Notes: generated from the sequence alone by a model not told the origin. Shown: positions 1 through 9,030, counted from the stretch's first letter. The stretch: DNA of 64,000 bases from Alphaproteobacteria bacterium 46_93_T64 (GCA_002163135.1 MAAN01000020.1:9250-73249); one strand, 5' to 3'. Numbers and translations: made by a program.

Positions 1-558
1 AATAAAGAACTCGTTGAACTCGCCATTGGCAGATTTGGTGGACTTGATGTTGGATTTAACAACGCCGGAATGATGGGAGATCAAATCCCCGTCGCAGACA
101 TGTCCACTGAGAATTGGCTCTCAACCCTCGACACCAATCTCAACAGCGCCTTCTATGCGGCGAAGCACCAAATTCCAGCGATGCAAAAAAACGGCTCTGG
201 CTCAATTATCTTTACGTCGAGTTTTGTTGGACATACAGCATCGTTTCCGGGAATGGGGGCATATGCTGCGAGCAAAGCTGGCTTAGTTGGACTAACGCAA
301 ACACTGGCAACCGAGTATGGCGCGGAGGGTATACGGGCAAATGCTCTACTTCCAGGCGGCACTAAAACCGTAATGGCTGGTGATCCGGTCAAAAATCCGG
401 AACAACGTGAATTTCTTGAAAGTATCCATGCTTTGAGACGTTTGGCTGAACCAAATGAAATAGCAAAGGCAGCTCTTTTCCTGGCCTCAGACAATTCCAG
501 TTTTGTTACCGGCAGTGCCTTCATCGTCGATGGCGGGAATTCTATCAACAAAGTGTAA
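1..558 (+). CDS. SDR family oxidoreductase (5' end outside window)
   Basis: Frame 1 is open from base 1 (NKELVELAIGRFGGLDVGFNNAG...), so the gene starts upstream of the window. It has the SDR catalytic YxxxK (YAASKAGL), a PGG.T motif and a C-terminal VTGSAFIVDGG. Stop TAA at 556-558. Confidence 0.85.
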   Translation, partial: NKELVELAIGRFGGLDVGFNNAGMMGDQIPVADMSTENWLSTLDTNLNSAFYAAKHQIPAMQKNGSGSIIFTSSFVGHTASFPGMGAYAASKAGLVGLTQTLATEYGAEGIRANALLPGGTKTVMAGDPVKNPEQREFLESIHALRRLAEPNEIAKAALFLASDNSSFVTGSAFIVDGGNSINKV

Positions 559-589
559 ATGAGGTAGCCGGTACCCAATACAAATAAAA

Positions 590-621
590 GAGGTCGCAAT
601 CAGTTTACTAATTGCGACCTC
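590..621 (+). terminator. Hairpin downstream of the SDR gene
   Basis: An 11-bp perfect stem GAGGTCGCAAT / ATTGCGACCTC with a 10-nt loop lies 32 nt after the stop. The trailing tract (GTATCTTCGTCTT) is only partly T-rich. Confidence 0.5.
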
Positions 622-890
622 GTATCTTCGTCTTAAATCAATCTGTATAAACCAGATAGAAGCCAATCATTTTATTTGAGGGCATCCAGAATTTTCTTAT
701 CCCCTACCAGTTGGTTTAACATTTTCTTGTAAGCCGCAGGAACAACTTCAAATGGATCACCTACAAATTACTGAACAACACTACCCAAAGCTTCAGTACT
801 TTCAACTATAATATAAAAAACAAATCTATTATTTCGTACTATTGGTGTTTTGGTCAAATTCTTATTACCTCCGCCATACCAGTTCGTTCT

Positions 891-922
891 TCAATCAGGA
901 TTGATTGACTCCCATCAATCAA
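891..922. promoter_or_regulatory. Three-arm inverted repeat upstream of the ABC operon
   Basis: TCAATCA (891-897), TTGATTGA (901-908), TCAATCAA (915-922). The middle arm is complementary to both outer arms. The element ends 43 nt before the ATG at 965. Confidence 0.3.
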
Positions 923-964
923 GTAGGTTGAGGACAAACAAAATCGTTTAAGGGAGATAAAAAA

Positions 965-1993
965 ATGAAATTCACTACATTCTCACGTCGTGCCGTGATT
1001 GGCGCGGTTGCAGGTTTTGCAGCACTGTCCGGCTTTGCTGCATCCTCTATCGCTGCTGACAAAATCACAGTTGGCGCGCTGCGCTTTACGTCTCATTCCC
1101 CAACTTTCATTGCTTTTGAAAAAGGATATTTCAAGGATGAGGGTCTAGAGGTTGAACTTAAGTTCTTCCAAGCGGCACAACCAATTGCCGTTGCTATTGC
1201 ATCTGGCGATATTGATTTTGGTGTAACGGCCTTGAGTGGCGCTTTCTACAGCCTTGCAGATAAAGGCGCGCTGAAAGTTATTGGCGGCCTGATGGCTGAG
1301 AAAAAAGGTGCGCCGGGCAACATGATCCTCGCATCTAACAAAGCCTATGAGGCGGGCCTAAAAACACCTGCTGATCTTAAAGGTAAAAGCTGGGCGATGA
1401 CCCAACAAGGCTCTTCCTTCCATTACATGGCTGGTATCATTGCGAAAAGCAACGGTTTTGCGGTAACCGATATGAAATTGAAACCACTTCAAAAAGTGGG
1501 TTCCATGATTGGTGCGCTTAAATCGGGCCAAGTGGATGCTATGGCAATTGTTCCTCATATCGCGTCGGCCCTTGCTCGCGGCGGTGCAGCAAAGATCATT
1601 GGTAAAATTCAAGATCTAAGCGATTATCAGGTTACAACGATTTTCACGTCGACAGAGAATACGACAGACAACCGCGATGTGGTTGCGCGCTTCATGAAAG
1701 CCTATGCAAAAGGGATCGCCGATTATGATGCGGTGATGCAAAATCAAGCGAAAAACCCAGCAGCAACGGATGCTATGGTCAACTTGATCCACAAATATGT
1801 ATATGCCAGCAAGCCAATTGCAAAAGCAGCCCCGTCCATTAAAGCCGGTGCGGTTTATCTCAATTCTGGTGCAGCGCTAAACGTTGGTGATGTAGCAAAC
1901 CAACTTGCATGGTTCCAAGAGCACAAACTGGCACCAGCAACTTTGACAATCGAAAAAATGGTTGATGCGAGCTTCGTTAAAACCATCAAATAA
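965..1993 (+). CDS. ABC transporter substrate-binding protein (NMT1/THI5-like, NitT/TauT family)
   Basis: 342-aa ORF with SD AAGGGAG upstream and a twin-arginine-like signal peptide (FSRRAVIGAVAGFAALSG..AA). It resembles aliphatic sulfonate/nitrate/taurine-type binding proteins overall and is followed by cognate ATPase and permease genes. Confidence 0.8.
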   Translation: MKFTTFSRRAVIGAVAGFAALSGFAASSIAADKITVGALRFTSHSPTFIAFEKGYFKDEGLEVELKFFQAAQPIAVAIASGDIDFGVTALSGAFYSLADKGALKVIGGLMAEKKGAPGNMILASNKAYEAGLKTPADLKGKSWAMTQQGSSFHYMAGIIAKSNGFAVTDMKLKPLQKVGSMIGALKSGQVDAMAIVPHIASALARGGAAKIIGKIQDLSDYQVTTIFTSTENTTDNRDVVARFMKAYAKGIADYDAVMQNQAKNPAATDAMVNLIHKYVYASKPIAKAAPSIKAGAVYLNSGAALNVGDVANQLAWFQEHKLAPATLTIEKMVDASFVKTIK

Positions 1994-2013
1994 TTGTTTG
2001 AAGACCTTTGAAC

Positions 2014-2043
2014 GGGCGGCATATTGCCGCCCTTCTTTTATTT
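2014..2043 (+). terminator. Intrinsic terminator/attenuator between the binding-protein and ATPase genes
   Basis: GGGCGGC (2014-2020), loop ATATT, GCCGCCC (2026-2032), then TTCTTTTATTT. It lies 21 nt after the stop of the binding-protein gene. Confidence 0.55.
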
Positions 2044-2056
2044 AGTGGCTGTATTC

Positions 2057-2821
2057 ATGGACTTGCATCTTAATAACATCTCTCATGCCTATGATAATAT
2101 TGAAGTTTTATCCGAAATCTATTTTCGAATTGAAGCTGGACAAATCGTTTGTATCATTGGCCCATCTGGGTGCGGCAAGTCCACACTTTTAAGATTTATC
2201 GGCGGGCTGGAACGGCCAAATTCGGGTGAGGTTTTGCTAATTGGCGAACCGCCAAAAGAAAGTCTGAACCCCCTCACCTACATATTTCAGGATTTCGCCC
2301 TTTTACCATGGCGAACCGTGCGCGGGAATATCAGCCTTGTTCTGGAAGATCATGGTATTCGAGGTAAAGGTGCTAATGCCATCATAGATGACGTTCTGGC
2401 GCGGACTAAACTTTCGGACTTCGGTGACGCCCTACCGCGGCAACTTTCCGGCGGCATGAAACAACGCGTGGCCATCGCCCGTGCACTCAGTGTGCGTCCA
2501 GCCTGTCTGTTGATGGATGAACCTTTATCTGCACTCGACAGTCAAACACGCGAGCTACTCATGGATGATTTGATAGAGCTTTGGATCCGCGAGAAATACA
2601 CTGCCTGTTACGTCACCCATAATTTGAATGAAGCAGTACGACTTGGCCATAAAGTTGTTGTGCTATCACGACGACCCGGCAAAATCAGGGAAATCGTGGA
2701 AATTGATATCCCCCTTGAGGAACGACAGGAACATTCTGGGCTTTTGCAAGAAAAGCAGAATTACCTTTGGGATTTAATGAGAGAAGAAGCCATGGCGGCG
2801 GATCAGGAGTTGAACCAATGA
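2057..2821 (+). CDS. ABC transporter ATP-binding protein (NitT/TauT family)
   Basis: Walker A GPSGCGKST, signature LSGGMKQR, Walker B LLMDEPLSALD. I chose the ATG at 2057 (MDLHLNNISH...) because the longer ORF start at 2024 lies inside the terminator hairpin. Confidence 0.9.
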   Translation: MDLHLNNISHAYDNIEVLSEIYFRIEAGQIVCIIGPSGCGKSTLLRFIGGLERPNSGEVLLIGEPPKESLNPLTYIFQDFALLPWRTVRGNISLVLEDHGIRGKGANAIIDDVLARTKLSDFGDALPRQLSGGMKQRVAIARALSVRPACLLMDEPLSALDSQTRELLMDDLIELWIREKYTACYVTHNLNEAVRLGHKVVVLSRRPGKIREIVEIDIPLEERQEHSGLLQEKQNYLWDLMREEAMAADQELNQ

Positions 2822-3624
2822 GCGATCAAAAACCTGTCGTTACAAATCCGGTTCCTTTTCGCGGAGGCGGATTTTCTCCAAAGCCCATGAAAATAGTGGC
2901 ACCGATTTTGTTCGTCATTGTTATTGCTATTTGGGAAAGTGGATCCCGACTTGGCTGGATTAGCCCGATTGTTCTTCCCGCCCCCTCCGAAGCGCTGACC
3001 GCATTTTTAGATCTCGTGAATTCTGGACAGCTCACCCTTCACTTAAAAGCCTCCCTACAACGTCTTGTCATCGGCTGGACTGCAGGCACACTGCTAGGCG
3101 TTACATTTGGCGTGGCGGCTGGACTATTCACGATGGCCCGGGGCGGAATTGTCCCGTTCGTGGCGGCCATTTTTCCAATTCCCAAGATCGCTCTTTTGCC
3201 ATTATTCATCATCTGGTTTGGAATTGGCGAAGAATCTAAAGTTGCGACAATCCTGTTCGGAACTTTCTTCCCAACAGTCATTACCGTATACGGTGGTATC
3301 GACAATGTAGACCGCGGTCTTATTCGTATGGGCCAATCTTTTAATCTGAACTGGTGGTCAATCGTCTGGAAAATAATATTGCCCGGCGCCTTGCCCGCTA
3401 TATTATCCGGCTTCCGTATCTCTGCTTCAATTGCCATCATTCTGCTTGTCGCCGCAGAAATGATCGGCGCAGAGTATGGTATTGGCGCTTATGTTCTTTT
3501 GGCTGGAAATCTGATGGCTATGGATCAATTGGTGGCTGGCGTCGCCATGCTCTCCGTCCTTGGGCTTACAGTAAGCTGGATAATCGGACGTGCTGAAAAA
3601 TACTTCTTGAGATGGCGTGTTTGA
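2818..3624 (+). CDS. ABC transporter permease
   Basis: Multi-TM protein with an EAA-like loop region. Its ATG at 2818 overlaps the ATPase stop (ATGA at 2818-2821), indicating translational coupling. Confidence 0.85.
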   Translation: MSDQKPVVTNPVPFRGGGFSPKPMKIVAPILFVIVIAIWESGSRLGWISPIVLPAPSEALTAFLDLVNSGQLTLHLKASLQRLVIGWTAGTLLGVTFGVAAGLFTMARGGIVPFVAAIFPIPKIALLPLFIIWFGIGEESKVATILFGTFFPTVITVYGGIDNVDRGLIRMGQSFNLNWWSIVWKIILPGALPAILSGFRISASIAIILLVAAEMIGAEYGIGAYVLLAGNLMAMDQLVAGVAMLSVLGLTVSWIIGRAEKYFLRWRV

Positions 3625-3630
3625 GATCAC

Positions 3631-3660
3631 TTGACAGTTAAATACCCCCGTGAATAGAAT
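3631..3660 (+). promoter_or_regulatory. Sigma70-like promoter candidate
   Basis: TTGACA (3631-3636), 18-nt spacer, TAGAAT (3655-3660), about 125 nt upstream of the ATG at 3784. This is a pattern match only. Confidence 0.3.
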
Positions 3661-3783
3661 ATAGAGTGCATTTCTTGCGTGCACCCTATCCGCGGAAAGG
3701 GCCAAGCCCAGCAAGAGGACAAACAACACACATTTCAATACGAACTCTCTACGTTTGGCGGATGCGGTAGATAAGGAATTCGT

Positions 3784-5307
3784 ATGCAAAAAAACTTTGG
3801 GGCGCCCGTCGTGGGCCTAAACCCTTCTTACACGCCCAACATTTCGAACTTGCAAACTGGATTTGCATTAGAAGCTGAAAAGCTGTTTGTGGATTATCAG
3901 GCAAGTCAAGAATATGCAGCTGATCTATTTAACACCCTTCATCCAAGAGCGGGACAGCCAGAATTCGTTCCAGAGCTATTAGACGCTCGCCAAGTTATCT
4001 TGTTCAAAAGTATGCGAGGACAGAAACTTAATCTGGAAAAGCTCAAGAAGGAGGCAAAATCCCTTCTCAAAGCTATAAAAGCGAGTGAGAAGCTCGCCGT
4101 TCACCGAATTACAACGAACCATCCAAAAATACAGGTAGGAGCAAAAGAACTAGAAGATCTTAAGCTAACGGACATTCAACACGTCCTCGCCAGAGAAAAT
4201 GGGTTTGATAGCTGGCCAAAGCTAAAGCATCATCTGTTAGATTTGGAAACTACAGCCCGTTTCATTGCATCTGGTGGTAAAATCGATACACCAAAAACAG
4301 CCCATATCCGGTGCGGAAATGACATCGGAAAGTTGCTTGAACTAGCTGGTTTTCAGGGCGATTTTCACGAAGTTATTGACCCCTTTGCGATCGGGCCGGT
4401 TTTCCCACGAAAAACGGGAGAAAAGGCGCTTGCAATACGGGGGGCATATATCGATGGCATGCTTGGAGAGTATTTGCCACCCGAAGAAAAACGATCCCTT
4501 TTCGAGATATCAGTAAAAGAGCAAACATTTCTTGAAAGCTTGCCGGCAAATTATGAAGAAGTAACTTTATGGTTTGAACATGATGCATTTGATCAGTTAT
4601 GTCTCGCTCACATTATGCATCACATGGCGGAACAGCCCCTGCCCTTGTCCTTTGATCTAACTCTTGTACAAGTGGATCATTTTCCAGGCGTAAAACGTTT
4701 TTTGGGGCTTGGTAACTTGGGCCCTGAACCTGAAGCCATAAGTCTCCTTTATCAACAACGACTTGAGATCACGCCTGCAATGATCGCCTTTGGAGCACGG
4801 GTTTGGGATGCGTTTACAAGTAGAAATCCGATTGATTTGTGGAGGCTCGTGCAGGAAACGAATGTACCACTCCCCCTTATGCAAAATGCCATGCGTCGCA
4901 TGTTAAGCGAGTTACCTGAACTCAAATCGGGATTAGGCTTTACGGAAATGCTGGCGCTTACAATACTGAAGAAGGAAGGGCCGCTCGCGGCAAGGCGGGT
5001 TTTCTTATTCCTCCTCGCGGAACATGATCCTCAACCCTATCACGGTGACATTATGTTCTTCGGCGTTTTAAAAAATCTTTGGCAAGGTGAGAGACCTGCA
5101 ATAGAGATCGTGGGCGAGATCAACGCCCCCGGCCCAGCGAAAGAGATTGTAAAGCTTACTGAATATGGAGAGCAGTTGCTTGCAGGAGACGCCAACTGGC
5201 TTGCGGCTAACAAAACGACGAGGTGGGTCGGCGGCGTCGAGATCAACAGTCAATTCGAAAAGAACTGGTTTTTTGATCCCGAAACCGGACCGGTATTGCT
5301 AGATTAA
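3784..5307 (+). CDS. DUF1835-like domain protein with an N-terminal extension of about 170 aa
   Basis: The segment TAHIRCGNDIGKLLELAG...LWFEHDAFDQLCLAHIM resembles DUF1835/DUF3658 proteins. The N-terminal part carries a helical motif ending ARENGFDSWPKLKHHL. Function unknown. Confidence 0.55.
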   Translation: MQKNFGAPVVGLNPSYTPNISNLQTGFALEAEKLFVDYQASQEYAADLFNTLHPRAGQPEFVPELLDARQVILFKSMRGQKLNLEKLKKEAKSLLKAIKASEKLAVHRITTNHPKIQVGAKELEDLKLTDIQHVLARENGFDSWPKLKHHLLDLETTARFIASGGKIDTPKTAHIRCGNDIGKLLELAGFQGDFHEVIDPFAIGPVFPRKTGEKALAIRGAYIDGMLGEYLPPEEKRSLFEISVKEQTFLESLPANYEEVTLWFEHDAFDQLCLAHIMHHMAEQPLPLSFDLTLVQVDHFPGVKRFLGLGNLGPEPEAISLLYQQRLEITPAMIAFGARVWDAFTSRNPIDLWRLVQETNVPLPLMQNAMRRMLSELPELKSGLGFTEMLALTILKKEGPLAARRVFLFLLAEHDPQPYHGDIMFFGVLKNLWQGERPAIEIVGEINAPGPAKEIVKLTEYGEQLLAGDANWLAANKTTRWVGGVEINSQFEKNWFFDPETGPVLLD

Positions 5308-7175
5308 GTCACCCATTTAACTTCATGGTGAAGCGTAAAAGCACCAAGACGATGTGTAATTTCACTCGCAATGTCTTTACGCTCCGCCCCCTGAACGTAA
5401 ACATATGCCGTTAAGCCATAGGCTGGACTGTTGTCCATTTTTATCTCAAAATCAGCATCTAAATCAGCCAGAACAGCGTCAAAGACTTCGCGGGCTGCCA
5501 TTTCACGAAGGGCTGGTTTAAAGATTTTACCAACACCTGTGAGCGGCATAGTCTCTAACAGATGGATCTCTGCCGGATTTGCAGCCCGCTCGGTAATTCG
5601 CTCTCTCGCGAAATCTTTGAGTTCTTCCACTGTTGCTGTCATGCCGGGTTTTAGCTGCACATAAGCTATGGGCATTTCCCCTGTGTAGTTATCGGGACGC
5701 CCGATGGCCGCCGCGAGTTCCACAGAGGGGTGTTCATGCAAAGGTTCTTCAATTAACGCAGGATCAAGATTGTGACCGCTTCTGATAATCAGATCCTTAG
5801 CGCGGCCTGTCAGCCAAATATATCCGTCGTTATCAATACGCCCGAGATCTCCAGAATTGAGCCAGCCATCAGCAACAAAAGCATTTTTATTATGTTGTTC
5901 CTGCACGTAGCCCGGCATAATACAGGCTCCCTTCATAACGATCACGCCGATTTCGTCTGTGTCCGCGTCCCTAAGAAAATCACCCTTATTATCCAAGTGG
6001 ACTGCCTTAATCTGCGTATAAGGCTGACGCACGCCGATCGATCCAAATCGCGGTGCGGCATCACGAGGCATAAAGGTTGAATATGACGCGACCTCTGTCA
6101 TGCCATACCCTTCCATCATGGGAACACCGCTCAACTCTGTAATAGCTTTCAAGACTTCAACCGGTGTGGCGGAACCACCCGTAATCCCAATTCGTAAGCT
6201 GCTAATGTCGGCGCCGCCAACAGGAATGTTTAAGAGCGCAGACAAAACTGTCGGAACCGTTCCCAGTATTGTAATTCCAAATTTTTCAATCAAACGCCAA
6301 TAATTACCAATCAGTAACGGGTCCCGATATCCAAGTGGGCTAATAATGTGAATAGTTACCCCAGCAAGCAAAGGCACAATGCCGCCAATGACGGAGCCAC
6401 TAATATGGAATAATGGAAGACCAGCAATCACCTTGTCTTTCTCTGTTTGTCCAACGATGTAAGCCGTTGAAGTTGCCTGAATAAGCTGCATGCGATTGGT
6501 ATGGGGAACAAGTTTTGGAACACCCGTTGTACCGCCCGTATGATAATAACCGATCATATCATCCAGGCCGCGAAGACGAAGGTTTGCGATTTTATCTGAA
6601 GGTTGTTTAGCGAGTTCATCGCTGAAAGAGCGTATTTTTTCGCCATCGCAAACACTGCCATCACCGGTTACAAATACAGCCTTCAAATCTGGCATATGGT
6701 CAATCAGGTAACACACTTTTTCCCAAATTTCCGGATTTTGATCAGGGCCAGGTGCTACCAGAATTTTTGTATTAGCCGCCCGCATAATGCCATGGATATG
6801 CATTTGTGCCAGCATCGGATTTACAGCATTTACGATGCCAACAGATTCCGCGCCCAATAAAGTAAAAAAAGCTTCTGCTGATTGAGGCAACAAGGCCGAG
6901 ACAGTCTCACCGTCTTCAAGTCCAGCAGATAAAAACATATTTCCGGCCTGGTTGGTGCGCGCCAACAGGTCGCTGTAACTATAGCTCACACTTTCCCCCA
7001 AAGGATCTCCATACGCCTGAACAACAAGAGCCGTCTTGTTCGCAAACTTCCTGGCGGCGTCACAAAACGCTTTATAAATGGTTTTATGGTGAAGCCATGT
7101 GTCTAATGGTTCTTGTTCAAATTGAACAACATCATCAAGCCCGCGAAACGGCACATCCAGTTTTGGCGTCTGCAT
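5304..7175 (-). CDS. Acyl-CoA synthetase (AMP-forming, ~620-aa class)
   Basis: Adenylate-forming motifs YHTGGTTGVPK and EGYGMTE, plus a C-terminal GKIFK lysine motif. It lies downstream of the TetR gene on the same strand. Confidence 0.85.
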   Translation of the reverse strand: MQTPKLDVPFRGLDDVVQFEQEPLDTWLHHKTIYKAFCDAARKFANKTALVVQAYGDPLGESVSYSYSDLLARTNQAGNMFLSAGLEDGETVSALLPQSAEAFFTLLGAESVGIVNAVNPMLAQMHIHGIMRAANTKILVAPGPDQNPEIWEKVCYLIDHMPDLKAVFVTGDGSVCDGEKIRSFSDELAKQPSDKIANLRLRGLDDMIGYYHTGGTTGVPKLVPHTNRMQLIQATSTAYIVGQTEKDKVIAGLPLFHISGSVIGGIVPLLAGVTIHIISPLGYRDPLLIGNYWRLIEKFGITILGTVPTVLSALLNIPVGGADISSLRIGITGGSATPVEVLKAITELSGVPMMEGYGMTEVASYSTFMPRDAAPRFGSIGVRQPYTQIKAVHLDNKGDFLRDADTDEIGVIVMKGACIMPGYVQEQHNKNAFVADGWLNSGDLGRIDNDGYIWLTGRAKDLIIRSGHNLDPALIEEPLHEHPSVELAAAIGRPDNYTGEMPIAYVQLKPGMTATVEELKDFARERITERAANPAEIHLLETMPLTGVGKIFKPALREMAAREVFDAVLADLDADFEIKMDNSPAYGLTAYVYVQGAERKDIASEITHRLGAFTLHHEVKWVT

Positions 7176-7264
7176 TTTTATCCCCCCATTTTATCTTTAT
7201 AAATGCAGTATGGACGGGGAATTTGAATTTTAAAATACTTGATTTAGATAAGTGGCATACAATT

Positions 7265-7867
7265 CTAAGCTGCGGGCGAGGGTTCAAGCCAGATGTCTAG
7301 TTTTTTACCAAATTCTATTTCAGCGATTACATCGTCTTTATACAAACCACAAAGTTTGAAGGTCACAGCTTGCACAAGGAATGCTAAAACACCTTCACCA
7401 AGAATATCAGGATTCATATGGGCGCGTATTTTCCCCTGCGCTTGCAACAATTCAACAATTCTCGATATCAATCGTTGTAACTCACTGCATTCCTCTTCTA
7501 TTTCCCCGCTCACATTTTCAGAGGTAACGCCTACATAAAACTGGAACAGATTGAAAATTGCTCGTTCCCGGCTTAGTAATTTCAACAACGGGGCCATCGC
7601 CGTTTGAAATTCCTTCAGACCAAATGCAGGTTTTTCAGATAATTCAGCTAATACTGCAATCGCCTGCTCGAGCTCTTCCCCCATCAACACCAGAAGAAGC
7701 TGATCCTTATCACCGAAATGCGCAAATAATGTGCCCTTGGCAACCCCAGCTTCTTTGACGACTTCTTCTGTTCTAAGGCCTTCATACCCTGATACTGCGG
7801 CTTGTTTGCGGGCGACTTCCAGTATTCGGCTTCTGGTTTCAACGGCTCTTTTCTGTGGCTTACGCAA
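7265..7867 (-). CDS. TetR/AcrR family transcriptional regulator
   Basis: N-terminal HTH (ILEVARKQAAVSGYEGLRTEEVVKEAGVAKGTLFAHFGDKDQLL). The start appears to be TTG at 7867. It is divergent from the oxidoreductase gene. Confidence 0.85.
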   Translation of the reverse strand: MRKPQKRAVETRSRILEVARKQAAVSGYEGLRTEEVVKEAGVAKGTLFAHFGDKDQLLLVLMGEELEQAIAVLAELSEKPAFGLKEFQTAMAPLLKLLSRERAIFNLFQFYVGVTSENVSGEIEEECSELQRLISRIVELLQAQGKIRAHMNPDILGEGVLAFLVQAVTFKLCGLYKDDVIAEIEFGKKLDIWLEPSPAA

Positions 7868-7903
7868 AGGAAATCACTTTCTCAATTTATTTTACTTGTA
7901 AAT

Positions 7904-7940
7904 TGACCATGGTCATATTAATTAAAAATGACTGCGGTCA
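7904..7940. promoter_or_regulatory. Two TGAC-N4-GTCA palindromes (candidate TetR operators)
   Basis: A perfect 12-bp palindrome TGACCATGGTCA (7904-7915) and a related TGACTGCGGTCA (7929-7940) start 25 bp apart, in the 90-bp divergent intergenic region. Confidence 0.45.
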
Positions 7941-7957
7941 ATTATAGGTATTCTAAC

Positions 7958-8548
7958 ATGAACTCAAAACGTATATTAACACTTAATGGACACCCTGCCG
8001 ACAATTCCCTATCAGAGGGGCTAATATCTGCATATCTGGATGGTGCGATTAAAGCAGGTCACCAAACTCGACGGCACGATCTTTCAAAAATGAATTTTGA
8101 TCCGGATTTTGGGCAAACTGGATACAGTGAACCTAAAGCACTGGAAGACGATCTTGAAAAATTCTTAAGCGATCTTGAGTGGTGCGATCACTTCGTATTG
8201 GCATCTCCTCTGTGGTGGGGCGGCGTCCCTTCCAAATTGAAAGGTTTATTTGATCGAGCCTTATTGCCGGGACGGACGTTTGATCCGCGCATCATTAAAA
8301 ACGGCCTTCCCAAACCATTACTCACTGGTAAAAGTGCTCGTATTTTGATGACTTCAGACACCCCGAGCTGGGCATTTTCCCTAATGTACAATTCAGCAGC
8401 GCGTAAACAGTTGGAGCGGCAAATTCTCAAATTTGTTGGCATCAAACCAACTAAATTCTCAAACTTTGCGCCAGTCGGAGAGGCAAAGCCCGTAAAAATT
8501 GAACGATGGCTCGCATCAACGCGCGATATGGGCGTCAAAGCTGCATAA
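7958..8548 (+). CDS. NAD(P)H-dependent oxidoreductase (flavodoxin-like fold, quinone reductase type)
   Basis: MNSKRILTLNGHP... start, typical of the Flavodoxin_2 family, plus a PLWWGGVPSKLKG motif. An alternative ATG at 7928 cannot be excluded. Confidence 0.75.
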   Translation: MNSKRILTLNGHPADNSLSEGLISAYLDGAIKAGHQTRRHDLSKMNFDPDFGQTGYSEPKALEDDLEKFLSDLEWCDHFVLASPLWWGGVPSKLKGLFDRALLPGRTFDPRIIKNGLPKPLLTGKSARILMTSDTPSWAFSLMYNSAARKQLERQILKFVGIKPTKFSNFAPVGEAKPVKIERWLASTRDMGVKAA

Positions 8549-8619
8549 CCTATCCATTTTCAATTTGAAGGAGGTATGCTAGCAATAGTAAAACCTCCGA
8601 CATTGGATAAGGCAGTAAA

Positions 8620-9030
8620 ATGAACGATAAAAAAACAGGTGGGTGTTTATGTGGCTCGGTTCGTTACGAATTAAGGGGCGACCCAGTAAAAACAATGATT
8701 TGCAGTTGTAAAAACTGCCAACGGACAAGTGGAAGTGCCCTTTCAACAATCGCTCTGGTGAAACGCAGTGATTTAACGGTAACCGGTGATCTCAGAGAAT
8801 ACGCTTATACCGGAGACAGCGGCGGTGCACTTGAAATAAACTTCTGCCCAAATTGTGGCTCGCCTGTGATCCTGAATTTTCCTGCCATGCCTGATATTGT
8901 GTCCGTAAAGGTAGGTAGCTTCGACAACACAGATTGGTATAAACCCGACATCAGCATCTGGAACGAAACGGGTCAAAATTGGGTGCCGGAATATGAAGGG
9001 TGTGTAAGCTTCCCAAAAAATCCGGGTTGA
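8620..9030 (+). CDS. GFA family protein (glutathione-dependent formaldehyde-activating/CENP-V-like)
   Basis: Zinc-binding Cys pattern GGCLCGSVRY...CSCKNCQRTSGS...FCPNCGSPV. Confidence 0.85.
   Translation: MNDKKTGGCLCGSVRYELRGDPVKTMICSCKNCQRTSGSALSTIALVKRSDLTVTGDLREYAYTGDSGGALEINFCPNCGSPVILNFPAMPDIVSVKVGSFDNTDWYKPDISIWNETGQNWVPEYEGCVSFPKNPG

Noticed and set aside
153-599. 148-aa minus-strand ORF overlapping the SDR gene
   Set aside because: It is antisense to a frame with clear SDR catalytic motifs and shows no independent support.
559-964. Long leader upstream of an NMT1/THI5-like binding protein, considered as a TPP riboswitch
   Set aside because: I could not find the conserved TPP core elements (CUGAGA, ACCCU..UGAUCUGGAUAAUGCC-like segments) on either strand.
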